NCBI GenBank assembly: GCA_964036045.1
Contig: OZ038378.1
Span: 181,660,001-181,724,000, forward strand
DNA: 64,000 nucleotides
Origin: Eutreptiella sp. 'Long Island Sound 2002'
Taxonomy: Eukaryota; Protista; Euglenida
Direction: 5' to 3'
Shown piece after piece: positions 12,750 to 24,697 of this stretch. Positions within the stretch are counted from its first letter, which is position 1; every line of letters begins with the position of its first letter. The notes beneath the pieces were generated by a model. That model saw nothing but the letters and a program-made list of their open reading frames with translations. It was not told where the DNA came from and made no database searches. A program made the position numbers and the translations under genes.

Positions 12750-13010
12750 AACACAACACAACACAACACAAACACAACACAACACAACACAACACAACAC
12801 AACACAACACAACACAACACAACACAACACAACACAACACAACACAACACAACACAACACAACACAACACAACACAACACAACACAACACAACACAACAC
12901 AACACAACACAACACAACACAACACAACACAACACAACACAACACAACACAACACACCCTAGCACAGCACAGCACAGCACAGCACAGCACAACACAGCAC
13001 GGCACGGCAC
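12750..13010 (+). repeat. (CACAA)n pentanucleotide microsatellite changing into (CACAG)n/(CACGG)n
   Basis: Seen directly. Confidence 0.97.
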
Positions 13011-13098
13011 ATCCTCCAATCCTCCTCCGTGGGGTGGCCGGCTGTCTTCACCCCTGAGGACCATGGCACCGACATCACCCACGGCAGTCAGCTGATAC

Positions 13099-13231
13099 CT
13101 CTATGCGACACAACAAGCTGTCCAGGCGCCTCGGCTTCCTGGTTCCTCGCTGCGGTACAGAACCAACCCGCAGCCCGGTCGGTTTCCTTCGCGGGGACGT
13201 GCTAGGGAGGGGCACCACCTCCGAGGGTGGC
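13099..13231 (-). CDS. Exon of long host gene (PPSEVVPLPSTSPRRKPTGLRVGSVPQRGTRKPRRLDSLLCRIE)
   Basis: Donor GAG|GTATCA. Three AGs lie close together at the acceptor, and only the third (13233-13232) keeps the frame. Confidence 0.5.
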
Positions 13232-13698
13232 CTGGCTGGCTGTCAGACTGGCACACACTGCCTGCTCCCCTCGAGACCTTTCGGCTTTGACCCTATGACC
13301 ACCTTAACGCTGACCGGCGACGGGCAGCGCAGGACGTAATGTGCAAACACCACCCAAATGACTGACGTGCAAATACACCACCAGATGAGTCTGCAACATC
13401 GCTTCTCAGGCTGCCCGCAGGACCCATGCAGCAATGCCGAGCACATGTCTGTCGCACACCGGGGCGCTTACTGCCCTGTGGCACGAATTAAGGGATTCGC
13501 CATGAAGTAGCACCGACCGTGGCTGACCTGCAGAAGTCTGTTCAGCAGAAGAACGCTACCACGGGCAGACTGTCTCCCTTACAAATGTCTCGTGTATCTC
13601 ACTCAGTGTATCCCCGAAATAAATGTTTCAGGGGCACCATTGAAGATCCCGGGCATCATCCAGCCCTCACCATCCTTCGCATACGCCTCCCAACGCAC

Positions 13699-13823
13699 CT
13701 CTTTACATTCGCATCGTCGCTGCCGGAATCCGAAACCGCGGAAGAGGCAGTTTTTGCTTTAGTCCGCGGGGACCACTTTGGTGGAGTGACGCGTGGCGAG
13801 GCGTTCGGGGAAAGACCTGAGAA
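13699..13823 (-). CDS. Exon of long host gene (FSGLSPNASPRVTPPKWSPRTKAKTASSAVSDSGSDDANVKR)
   Basis: Acceptor ttcgtcccgcAG and donor AG|GTGCGT. Phases are consistent with the neighbouring exons. Confidence 0.6.
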
Positions 13824-13891
13824 CTGCGGGACGAACGACGCAGTCTCGGCGAGAGGGTACATGAGGCCATCCCACCTGACCCCACCACACT

Positions 13892-15788
13892 GGGCTGGGG
13901 GGGAATTGGCTTGCGCGCGCGCGGGGGGGTCGTTCGAGCCCCTTTCCTGGACCCCCCCCCTTCTGGGCTCCTGTGACGGGGACCCCGGAGGGGCTGACGG
14001 TGACCCCCAACCGGCTGACAGGGGAGGTTGGGGGGGGGGGGGGTCCTGAGGTACCACAACATACATGACTCAAAATGATCCCCACGATGCGCTGATCATT
14101 TTGAGGTATGTATCATAGGGGACATGTTTTTTGAAAAAAAAATCTTCCGCGCCGCTTTGCGGTGCAGTTGGTGAGTCATCATCAGAGGTTTTAGACTAGC
14201 CTCTTGGGACTGGCCTGTCACGAGAGCCCCTTTCCTAGACCCCCCCCCCCCCCCGCGAGTCCTCTGTCGGCCCAAATTTCAGCCACCACAAAGCGAGGGT
14301 GCAGGCCGTGGGCTGGTTCCCCTTGGGGACCAGGAAACAGGGGAGCAGACCTTTTGCTGCCCCTACCCCCCCCAACAGAAATGGGGCCGGACCGAAAGCA
14401 GGCCCAGCACCCCCCCCCCCCCCCCCCGCATGCCCTCGCACCCTCGCACTCACTGCAGGCCGTCACATGGGGATCAAGGTCCCTCCCCACATGGACAGGG
14501 AGCAGACGCCGAACGACGAGTATGTTGGGATCTGGGACCCGCATGGTAACCCAGCAGGTGGTCCTCCTCTCCCAAACACGTGAGCAGGTAGACCCAACCA
14601 CCACTACCCCCCCCCCCCCCCGCCTGCGCCCCCGACGGGAGGGGTGCACGGAGTCGGCGCCCTCAGGGCCCAAAAAGTGGAGGCTGTGCAGGGCTCGCAG
14701 ATTGACTGCTGTGGGTATCCCTTGAGCGGCCTGCCCAGGGAACCTCCAGGTGTGCGCGTGCCCCTCCAACTTCATCACAGACGCCCAGGCCAGCACAGCC
14801 CCGTGCACTCCAGTTCAGTTGTGGGCGACCCCTGGAGGCCAGACAGCCACCTGCCGACCCCTGCCCCCCCCCCCCCCCCCTTCCTTACGGAGCGGTCACT
14901 CGGGTGGTGTGCCCTCTGGGCCCCCCCGTTTACGCGGGCAGTAGCACCGCCACCCAGGCCCCGAGCCCGGGCAGGCTCCAGGGCAGGGCAGCGCTCGGCG
15001 CGCCCTGGAGCCCCTCCCCATGCCGTCCCTCAACGCCGTGGGCGGAGGGTCCAGTCCACGACAACACCACCAGTGCCTTGGGCAGTCAGGAGGTGTGGAC
15101 CCCCCCAGTCGTGCGCCCAGGGAGCGCGCCCCCGTGCCTCATGCAGTCGTGGGGCCGCTGGCAGCATGTCAATGACCGGGAGGCGGCGTGTCCAGACCGA
15201 ACACTCCCCCGGCGGGCTCAGCGTCAGGCTCCCATGGCCTCCCTGCCGGGGCCTGGAGCACCAGGCATCACACAACCCCCCACACGCAGGCGCAAGCGAG
15301 CAGGGCCAGGCGCGGCGCAGCCGTGTGACCCGTCATGCCCTACAAGCGCCACCAGCATGCACGCCCCACCCACCTGCCCCGTGCGCGCCACACACACAGG
15401 CACGGCGGCATCTCCCTCCCGTGTGTGCCACCACGGGGTACGGGGGCGGTCAACAGTCCGGCAGGCCTTGGGACCGGACAACCGCGATTCGCCTAGCCCA
15501 GTCGTGTCGGCACAAAGGCGAGTGCTGACTGTGGGCCAGGGCGTCCGGCACAGGCCTTGACCCAAACCAAACCAAACCCCCCCGCGAGTCCGCCGTGCAA
15601 CCCCCCGTGCTTGCTGTGCGTCAAGGAGTGCTACAAGGCCGACCCGACTCAAGTGACTTCATTGATGGATGCGCCGCTTCCGGAGGACCCACACCACCCC
15701 GGGTCTGTCGCACTAAAGCCGGAAGAGTCCAACCCAACCCAACCCAACCCCCCCCCCCCCCGCGCGCAAGCCAATTTTCCCCATGCCC
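13892..15788. mobile_element. Non-autonomous DNA transposon-like segment bounded by about 40-bp inverted repeats
   Basis: GGGCTGGGGGGGAATTGGCTTGCGCGCGCGCGGGGGGG (13892-13929) is an inverted match to CCCCCCCCGCGCGCAAGCCAATTTTCCCCATGCCC (about 15750-15788). It fills most of one intron. Confidence 0.55.
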
Positions 15789-15907
15789 TGCACCGCTGAG
15801 CCATAGCACGTCGGGATGGTATTGGGCGGGGTCTGAGCGAGGCTCAGACGACATCAGCCTTAGTCTCCAGAATCAAACCAACGGTCTTGCGTGTGCAGCG
15901 ACCATAC

Positions 15908-16084
15908 TTTCATGAGTTCGTCATTCTCAGTGGTGAGAAAATCCACTTCTTGCTTCAGAATATCATTCTGCTTCTTGAGCGACGCAATCTCTTTTTTGTA
16001 CCCCTCGATATCGTCGTGTGGGTTGGTGACGGGCTCCGCAGGCTTCGGCTGCTGTTGCCCTTCCGCCTTTTGGACCTTTTCCGG
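15908..16084 (-). CDS. Coiled-coil exon (PEKVQKAEG...DIEGYKKEIASLKKQNDILKQEVDFLTTENDELMK)
   Basis: Acceptor ttctcatcattgcAG, donor AAA|GTATGG, 59 codons, heptad pattern. Confidence 0.7.
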
Positions 16085-16569
16085 CTGCAATGATGAGAAC
16101 AGGCGATGCGACGAGGTCTGTTCCGAGTGACGAGGAGAGGGAGTGACTCCATTACAAATACTCTACTCCGCGTGCGTGTCTTTGCGTGTGCCGTGCGTGC
16201 GTGTTTGGCGTGTGCTGTGCGTACGCGTCTCGCCTCAAACTGACCAGCGCACTACGCTGGTCACCGTGAGGATCCCTGTGAGGTACATGCGTTGCCGTGT
16301 AGAAAGGTTGACATCTTTGCACCAAAAGTGCCCAAATTGTCAACTCTTGTCTCTCTGCCCCTCCCCCCTCCCCTTCCGGAGGAGAGGGAGGGGGTGAATT
16401 TCTGTTTTCGGCTTTTGGGTTTTTTTTTTGCATTGACTTCTCCATTGAGTACTCCACAGGGCACTGGGCGTGGGCCGGAGCTCGCCTGAAGGACAGGCAT
16501 AGCCCTGTGCTGTCCTCGTGGCCGCGTCAGCTTTGCAGAACCAAAACTCAGCACAACGCAGGGGCATGC

Positions 16570-16665
16570 CTCGAGCAGGTCTGTGAGCCTCTTCGCAACG
16601 GCCTCTATCAGTCCCAGTGTGGCCTCAACGTCATCGTCGTGCGGGGGCGCCTTGCTCTTCGTTCG
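16570..16665 (-). CDS. Exon (RTKSKAPPHDDDVEATLGLIEAVAKRLTDLLE) ending at a GC donor
   Basis: Acceptor ctttgctgcAG. 32 codons of amphipathic helix. GAG|GCATGC joins in phase 0 to exon 15908-16084. Confidence 0.55.
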
Positions 16666-19612
16666 CTGCAGCAAAGCGTGCCACGGGGATACTCAAGGGC
16701 TGCAGGGCAGGGCCTACACGGCACGTCCCCCAGAACGCACCCCTGCCATGCCTCCTGCCGAGTTTCCTGCCCCTCCCTCTGCTCTGCCTCCGCCCTGCGC
16801 CTGCGCCTGCCGCGGCCATTGCCACCCTCTGCCCCTCCCCTGCCCCTCCACCTGCCCTTGCACCTTCCCCTGCCCCTGCCAAGTCAGCCCCCCCCCCCCC
16901 CGACCCCCCCCCCCACACACGAACATGTATTGGGCACAGGTGACATGGGCAGCTGCGACACCCCCGCCCAAACCCAGGGGCCTGAGGCAGCGCAGTGCCG
17001 GCCCACATTCAGCGACCCTGGCCCTAAACATGGGAAGTGTGAGGCGGCAGCAGCGATGCAGCCCCCAATACCGTGGGGCATTTCCCACACACTACAAGTG
17101 TCTCTCATACCTGCCCTTCCCACCGCCTCTGCCCGTACCCCTGCCCCTCCAACGGCAGGCGACGCCATGGCCGTGGAGAGTGGGGACAGGATCACGATCA
17201 GGCTCGTGGCAGCAATTGGAACCTTCAGCGTGCCCGACAGTGTGGAGGCAGTGATCGGTGGCGTACGGGGGGGTCGCCCCTGGTGACCGCAGCAAGCTGC
17301 TGGCACGCCGATTACAAGACCACCATCAGGACCAATGCGATGCTGCGCAGCTGGAGTAACGAGGGTCGGACGATGGAGGCAGCCAATGGCCGTGGCTGGC
17401 GCCGGACGGCCTGGCTGCACGCGGCTGCGCAGGCGGCACGCGTGCACCCACCACGCAGCCGGTGTGCCGCGTGAATGGTCATCGTCAGGCCAACGACACG
17501 ACACACAGTGCAGGCGCGTAGATGATGGCCCTTCTGCGACGAGGCAGCACGCGCCTTTCTGTGGGGTCGCGCGTTTCACACAAAATGTGGATGGCGAACC
17601 GGAAAACAAGAGACCGCACAGAAATGCGCCTGCGGGCTTTGCTTTGCCTTGGCTTAGGTATGCGGGTCAGCGCCGGGATGCGTTGTATGTGTGGCCGTGT
17701 TGGGGTGGCGGGACTGATGGGGGGGTGCGCGGCCACCCACGACGGCCCAGTGGAGACCCAAAGCAAAGCCAACGCCAAAGCCCCCGCCACTGCCCCTACC
17801 TCTGCCCCTGCCCCTGCCCAGGGGTAGCGGGCAGTTGACACCTGCGGCTTCAAAACACCACCGATGACAGGCAGTGTGTCGGCAGACTTGGCCCATGACG
17901 CGACACAGCGCAATTCCCTTCTATCGACCAACACAACCTGCGAAAAATCCAACACGGTTCCTAATTCCAGATGAGCACAACACATCGAACCTCCAGTCTG
18001 CCCTGTTCTGTCCAAGGTCCGCCACGTGGGGAAAGGCTGAACACCAATGCCCTGGGCTCATAGAGGGCCAGGCCTGGGGGAGGCCTGTGCTTGACAAAGA
18101 AGACCAAGGGGCGTCTTGGGGGCAGTGCTTTAAGACACCGGCGATCGGCAAAGCGGTGGCAGACACAATCCGGCGGTTGCAAATCGGTTGGAGAGCGGTG
18201 GGGGACGTGCCGGGGCGGAGCAGACCCTCGGTCCCACAGGGAGAGGGGCGGAACACCCTCTTTCGGCGCAGGTCTGGCCAGGCGATGGGCCATCCACTTG
18301 CACACATTCAGCGCAGCGCATTTTGTTTACGGAAGGAGGACGAATGGTGTCCAGGGGCTGTGCACACCTCAGTCCCTTCAGAAAGCACCGCAACACAATG
18401 CCCCGCGCACGCGAGGCCGGAGATGCTGAGGCTCGTCTGCCAAACAGACTGCCACCGATCCGAAGACGCGTGTTGCCACACGGTCCGGGCGGAGCTGTAC
18501 ACAATGGTCTCGTTCTGCAACGCGCCGCACCGACAGCCCTGGCAAGAGAAGGCCAAGCAGCGTGGGCTACGGCTTCTGCAAACCATCAGTGCACTGTTCC
18601 TGCCCTGCAGGTGGGTTGCCCATCGGGCCATGATCTACCGGTTATGCACATTTCGCCGCCAACACACCACGCCACCTGCCCTGCAGACCCCGCCACCTTG
18701 CACACCATGACACATATTGCATGCGCATGTGCCCTACTGCTCCCCACAGCCTGGCCCATGCATCCCTGCAAAAGAGGGGGTGGGGCTCGGGGGCTGGGAG
18801 ATCGCCTGCGGGTCACTGCTTTGTGTGTGTGTGTGCATGCGTGCGCGCGCGCACGTGTGACGCCGAATCATTTCCAAGAGAATCATAGCCTTCACTATCA
18901 CACACCACATCTACAGCTCTGTCCGCACTGCAGCCATGTTAATTGGTTCCGCCCATCGCGGCCTTTCCTCCCTCCCTCCCTCCCTCTCTCTTTCTCCGTG
19001 TGTGTGTGACACCCAAATGACCGAAACGACCGAACCATGAATTCTGTAGTTTTCTGTGTGTGGGGGGGGGGGGGGGGGGATGCCGTATTAAAGAGGAAGA
19101 CCTGTATGGGTCTACAGGCCGCTTGCTTTGAAAAAGAGGGGAGGGGCGCCCGCATATGAGCCCCCACACCTGACGGTGGGTGGAGAGAGGGCTCCTCTCC
19201 CCCGCACACGTGTGTGTGTGTGTGTGTGTGTGTGCGATGCCCAATCATTTCAACAATCTCAAAGGGTTCGCTATCATACAGCACCTCTCTACAGCGATGT
19301 TTGCACTGCAGCAATGTTTGGATATTCGCCCAACGTGACCGTTCCGCCCTCTCAGCACGACACAAAGACTATGGACAATTATCATGCTCCTACCGCGCCC
19401 TGGAGCCCCAAATACCCATGCTCTAGACCCTGTGCAAGGGCCCCGGATTGGGCGAGCCTGCGACAACACACGGCGATGGAGAGACCGACGTGGTGCTGAC
19501 TCAATGTGACGTTCTGTCTCCGCCTGCTTCAAAAAGCATTCTCTTCGCTGTGCCTGGTTTGACACCCCCCATAAGTTTGGTATTGCTGTTCGTTCCTCTG
19601 TGCCGTCCAACG

Positions 19613-19871
19613 CCGGGGTAAGGGTGCGGACCTTAGAGTACACTGACGACTATGTACTGGGTGTTGGTGTGCGTACATCGGAGTACACTGAAGATAGTGG
19701 ACTGTTCGTTAGGGTACGTACATTTGAATACAGTGATGATGCCGGGTTGGGTGTGAGGGCTCTCACATTAGAGTACACAGATGACACTGCACTGGCTGTG
19801 AGAGGCCGCACGTTGGAGCATATCAACGACACAGGACTGGGAGTAAGAGACCGCACATTCGAGTACAACGG
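19613..19871 (-). repeat. 45-bp coding tandem repeat x6 (consensus VYSNVRTLTPSPxSS)
   Basis: Anchors at 19636, 19681, 19726, 19771, 19816 and 19861. Variation at the conserved residues is concentrated at synonymous positions of the minus frame. Confidence 0.88.
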
Positions 19872-20036
19872 TGACCCCGGTGGTGTTGCCTCTCGAGGAT
19901 CCTGTCCCCTCTCCCCATGCTCTACGTCCACTGGCGCTGGTGGCGGCTCCATTAGCAGTGGCTCTACCTGCAGCACTTCCAAAAATTCTGTGTAGTGTCT
20001 AGGCGCCCGGGCCAGGAGGTTCAAGCGCACTGGCGT
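19650..20036 (-). CDS. Exon containing a 15-aa coding tandem repeat; frame closes at TAG 19652-19650 but continues open downstream
   Basis: TPVRLNLLARAPRHYTEFLEVLQVEPLLMEPPP...LYSNVRSLTPSPVSL etc. The phase-0 acceptor gatagagAG is tentative. Confidence 0.6.
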   Translation of the reverse strand, partial: TPVRLNLLARAPRHYTEFLEVLQVEPLLMEPPPAPVDVEHGERGQDPREATPPGSPLYSNVRSLTPSPVSLICSNVRPLTASAVSSVYSNVRALTPNPASSLYSNVRTLTNSPLSSVYSDVRTPTPST

Positions 20037-20203
20037 CTCTCTATCAGACAAAAGTTCGGACATAGACCTCAGAGTGTTGGCACCTTGAACGGGCTCATTG
20101 TCACTGTCCACCGAACCCATGGCTTCCCAACGTGGAAAGCTTATGGACATATTAACGTGCCGAGTTCCGAGTCGCAGACAATTGTGAGCTAGACAATTGT
20201 GAC

Positions 20204-20305
20204 CTGCAAATCCCCTGGCACCGTCTGCAGCACCCAATGAATTGCCATGTACTCTGCCTGGACCGAGGTCATAGGCTCAAAGGAGACGAGTTGTGCGTTG
20301 CGGGA
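20204..20305 (-). CDS. Exon (SRNAQLVSFEPMTSVQAEYMAIHWVLQTVPGDLQ)
   Basis: Acceptor ccaaccacAG, donor CAG|GTCACA, 34 codons, phase 0/0. Confidence 0.6.
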
Positions 20306-21058
20306 CTGTGGTTGGACCCGAAGGTCACACCATAGGACGTCGCTACACCCGGTGGCTGATGCACTGTGTGTGTGTGTGTGTGCGTGTGTCCGCATCATCG
20401 TGGGTTGTATGGGGGACAATGCACACACCGGAATGGGCCACCCTGCCCCGGCCTCTCCTCCTTCCCCGGCCCCTAGCACTAAGGCTGCTCCTGCCCCTGC
20501 GATGCGCCTGCAGTGCCCGTGCCGGTGCCAGTACCCTTCTGCACCTGCCACAGTCCTCCCCCACACGCGAGCGCGACCCTAAAAACTGTGACAATCTCTT
20601 TGATGCTTTTCAAACCCCTCGGCCCCTCGCCATGGGCTGGCAGCCCTACATGCACACCTATACGCCATCAGCGACGGCTGATGGAACCCCACAAAAACCC
20701 TATGACACAGTACAACCTTTTGCAACCCTCCGCAGTCCCACCCTCCACAATTCCACACAACCCTCAACAGCCGACTGCAACCATGTACAGCGCCATGCAG
20801 CACCGAACAACGCTCACCCACCACCAACCAGGCCTTTGCTTAGTGGTATCGTGGTGGTGGGGAGGTTAAATTGCCCCCCCCCCCCCCCAGGATTTTGGCT
20901 GACCCGCCCACCTGCCCACATCAGAAAAATTTTCCTTAGGAAAAAAATGAAAAATATCAAAGGGGCGCGAACTTGGAGGTCGATGTCAAGTACGCAATTT
21001 TTTTGGCCTTTGACCCCCCTGTGTGACATTCCGTCTGGTTGTTGCTCCTTTACGGGGC

Positions 21059-21185
21059 CCTGGACGGTCACCCGTTCTTCCCTTCGCATGTTGCGTCGGG
21101 TCGCTACTTTCTGTCGGCCGCTGCGGCCGGTGCTCTTGCTGGTGTCGTTTCCGCGTTCGCGGAGCCCAGTAGTTGGCGTGTTGGG
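21059..21185. repeat. Dispersed repeat family, copy 2 (see 3244-3370)
   Basis: Direct sequence match. Confidence 0.85.
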
Positions 21186-21279
21186 ACTCCCCCCCCCCCC
21201 GGCATATTTATCAACCAGCCACCCAGCAAAGGCCTGCCACAAACATCTGCCTGCAACAACCCTCGAGGGCCACACACAC

Positions 21280-21591
21280 CAGATGGTCCACAGCCGAAGA
21301 TGTGCAGATGGTGCCCATGGGCCAATGCTCCGGGTTGCCATCGCCCACAACCAGCCACTCGATCATGGCCACTCGGTAGCGGGAGGCCGTGAGGACGCAC
21401 ATCCGCTCCTTGTACTGGGCGATCTCCACGGCGCACAGCTCGCGCTGCCCGAATCGGGAGGCGGGCTGGAAGTTCCGGTCCCGGGCCACGACGAACTCTT
21501 GGGTGTACGCCACCACAAAGACCTGTCGTCCGGCCGCCTCCGCCCACCGGATCTGCTGGACGGCAGATGGGGTACTGCACACGGAGGGGAC
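21280..21591 (-). CDS. Beta-propeller-like exon (VPSVCSTPSAVQQIRWAEAAGRQVFVVAYTQEFVVARD...LCAVEIAQYKERMCVLTASRYRVAMIEWLVVGDG...)
   Basis: Acceptor atgctgtcgcAG, donor CTG|GTGTGT, 104 codons, GC3-rich, short beta-strand pattern. Confidence 0.7.
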
Positions 21592-22523
21592 CTGCGACAG
21601 CATGTGGGGACATGGAACTCTTCAAGTGCGGTCCTCGATACCCAAAACGAAAAAACCGGCCGAGTTCGGTACGCGGGGACCTCGACAGTGGAGCAGCCGG
21701 TCAGCAACCGCTGTCAGGCGCCGGCCAACCGGCGTCGGTTGACTATCGACTTCAGTCGGCCCCCCGGACAATCCTCGTGTGCCTTGTGGTGGGGTGGGGG
21801 GGCGGGGGGGCGGCTCTCTGCGCAGGAGTCAGGGCAACGCTGACTAGTGGAACGGAGTAGCGGGACGTTGCGGAGGGTTCCAAAGGGCTCATTGTCGAGT
21901 ATTCAGCAGAGCTGTTAAGGGTGCGCTGAGGCTGTCGGGTCTGTCAAGGGCATCCCGGGTCTCTGTTCACCCAAACGCTGCCCTCTCGCGGCTCGAAGAG
22001 CCGCAGCAGCAGGGGCCACCATGGGGCATTCACCCAAAACGGAACTACCAGTAGGACCTGCAAGTGGGGTAGCTCTAAAAAATGGCCTGAGATCTTCCAC
22101 GCCGGGCACAAGTACGCCTGAGAAAAATGGCGCATGTCAGCCGATAGCGTAGCAACACACACTTGGCGCGAATGTCCCAACGGGTAACGAACGGCCTACG
22201 AAGAATGGGCATTTGTAGGCCGTTATTGAGCGGGAGCAGGATTGCGGTTGACAGATGGCGATTGGCTGTTATCCGACGGCAATTGACGGTCAACGGATGG
22301 CCAGCTGATTCGCCGTTGGGCTTCAGACGGTGGTCAGCAGTTGACTGACGGCCGTGGGTGGCCAATGTGGTCGTGCTGATCCCTAAATTGCGTTGTTCAG
22401 GGCTGCAAGTCTGGGGTCATACCGGGGCTGTCTTCGTCCGGATTTGGGGTCCAGTAAGTCGAGCCCCTTCTACCAGTCAGTGATTAGCAACTCAAATGAC
22501 ATCCACACCCATACACACACATA

Positions 22524-22590
<67 letters not shown>

Positions 22591-22879
22591 AACACAGCAA
22601 ACAGGGCACACGTCAAGGCGCTCCATTCTCCTCACCAATTGCATGGTGGTTGTAGCCACCCAAAACCCCTGTCGGAGGGGGCCGTTGGTTGATGATGAAA
22701 GGAGAAGGACCCGCTCCTTAGGGGGAATCTTTGCACTGCGCGCGCACTGCATGCGCACTGCGCGCTATTTTAGACTATGTTCCCCCGAAGAGCCCCCAAG
22801 CACACCCCTTGGAAATGCCCTTAGAATTAGGTGACCCAAACTGCCCCAGCTCAAGAAAGTTGCAAACTGGGGTACACAG

Positions 22880-23025
22880 TACCACTCTCGCTCCTTTAAG
22901 GGCGATCTTGGTCAACACCTTAGCAAGTTGGGAGAATGGGGGGTTAGCATAACACAACCCCATCGATCTCCAGTAGAAGCAATAGGCATTATTGAGGTAT
23001 CGCGAACAGTAGAGCTACATCATAT
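22880..23025 (-). mobile_element. DIRS-type retrotransposon N6-adenine methyltransferase fragment
   Basis: LYCSRYLNNAYCFYWRSMGLCYANPPFSQLAKVLTKIALKGARVVLCTP. The NPPF motif and its context match the Dam-like domain of DIRS elements. Broken on both sides. Confidence 0.7.
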
Positions 23026-23164
23026 GCTGCTCCTTACTCGCGAACAACTCCACCTGAACTTCATTCAGGTCTACCACCGCTGCATTCTCGGGGGTCCCCA
23101 ACAAAGGGGGACAAAATCAGAAATCAAAACGTACGCTAGGGGTCACCATGATGCCCCTAGGGGC

Positions 23165-23240
23165 CCCTAGTATCTCAAAGTATGGGTCTCTAGTACGGCC
23201 AGACGCCCAAATAGTTGCACTGCGCGCGCACTGCGCTTAA
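23165..23240 (+). repeat. Dispersed repeat (CCCCTAGTATCTCAAAGTATGGG...CCAAATAGTTGCACTGCGCGCGC), three copies
   Basis: Related copies near 31035-31100 and 48255-48330. The latter two share about 200 bp more upstream. Confidence 0.75.
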
Positions 23241-24542
23241 GGCTCCCCCTTAGCATGGCCTACACCAAAGGGTGTAGCAAGCATGCAGCCACTTTGCAAT
23301 GCTTGCCAAGTAACTCACGGGGCACCCAAACCTGCCAGGTACCTCGTTTTGACTCTTTCGCGTTTCCATTCACCACCCAATGGGGTGCCCAATCCCATAG
23401 GGTAGTCGTTTCGTCCGGTTCGCGTTTCGATTCACTACCTCATGGATTGCCACATTCCACAAGGTAGTTGCATCAATTCACGATAACACATAGCAGAAAA
23501 GAATGTGGAACACTTTCTGGGGGATAAAACAGTGGCATGAAACAACTAGCAACCATTACTTGGCACACACCGCAAACAATGTGCACACCCCCGCTCCTTG
23601 CCCTACTTGCGCTTCCGCGGGAAAAGTTTGTGCCTCTGATTGAGGGTTGTTGTTTTCCTTAAAGGGGAGGGGTTGAGGCACCAGTGGCTATTGTCCACCA
23701 TCGCGACAGCCATTGCAACTTGGCTTGTTGCCCTATCCTGCAGCCACAGCAGACGGGCTCAAGGGGGGGGGGGGTTTAGGCTCCCGTTGCTCCAGCACTG
23801 AGGCTCGGGTTGCAGTCTTTGTGCACAATGTCCATGAGCAAACACAACTCTTCATAGGCATAACATAGCCCCGGCTCACCACAACTGGCTCTATCATCTT
23901 GTCATGTTGGCGGTTCATCTTGCTTTGTTGACCACAAATATGGGGGGGGGGATTTTGTCTGGGAACAATTTTGGCGGGGGACATTTTGGCGCACCTCCCA
24001 TTTTGGTGCGGGGCCATCAGACACGGGAAACTTCAACACCCCCGACTGTCAAAAAATGCAGCCTTTTTGGTACTTGAACGAAGCTCACAAAAATTTGCGA
24101 CGACGGCCGCCCTCTCACGGCCAAGCGAGCAAGAACGGACGTGACGAACAGATGGACTGCCCACAATGGCGACCTGGCCACCGCAACCAGAGAGGATAAA
24201 CAAAGAGCAGGAAGTACCCCAATTTGCGCAAAAAACTTTCGTGGGGAAAACTTTGGCGCCAAACTGAAAATCGAAAATTTCTCCACGAAATTGTACCCTT
24301 ACGAAATTGCCCCCCCCCCCCCCGTACTGCAGGTAGAAAACTGACGGCCACATAGCCATCAAAACACAAAGCGGGCAAAGCGGACCACGGCGGGGGTGAT
24401 ACTCACCAATTAAACCTGTATTATTACCTGTGTTTTACCAGTATTGAAACACGCACAGGCTCTAATGCGACCGTGCGCAATCTGCACTGGCAATGTGTTG
24501 CAATCAGAGGTTCGGGAGGAGGCCGTGCCTTGCCCTACACAC

Positions 24543-24697
24543 CGCTCCAATGGCAGTGGGAGAGGTAGGAGTTGGGCTGGAGCAGGGGGCACTGGGTCTC
24601 GGGACCTCTTTCGCGGCCCCCGTATCCAACTTGGACATGGGAATCCGAGACAACGTGCCGACCGTGTTGCCGAAGAAGACGTCTTCGCCACTGCATC
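24543..24697 (-). CDS. Beta-propeller-like exon (GCSGEDVFFGNTVGTLSRIPMSKLDTGAAKEVPRPSAP...)
   Basis: Acceptor cctgcAG with phase 1 matching exon 27372-27432. Donor GCG|GTGTGT. Confidence 0.7.

Noticed and set aside
17073-18710. Overlapping GC-rich ORFs on both strands (possible RT fragment or host exons)
   Set aside because: All frames look about equally plausible and there is no diagnostic motif, so the region is left unannotated.
19600-19995. Plus-strand ORF of the 45-bp repeat (RVRTLEYTDD...)
   Set aside because: Synonymous variation fits the minus frame, so this is the antisense shadow.
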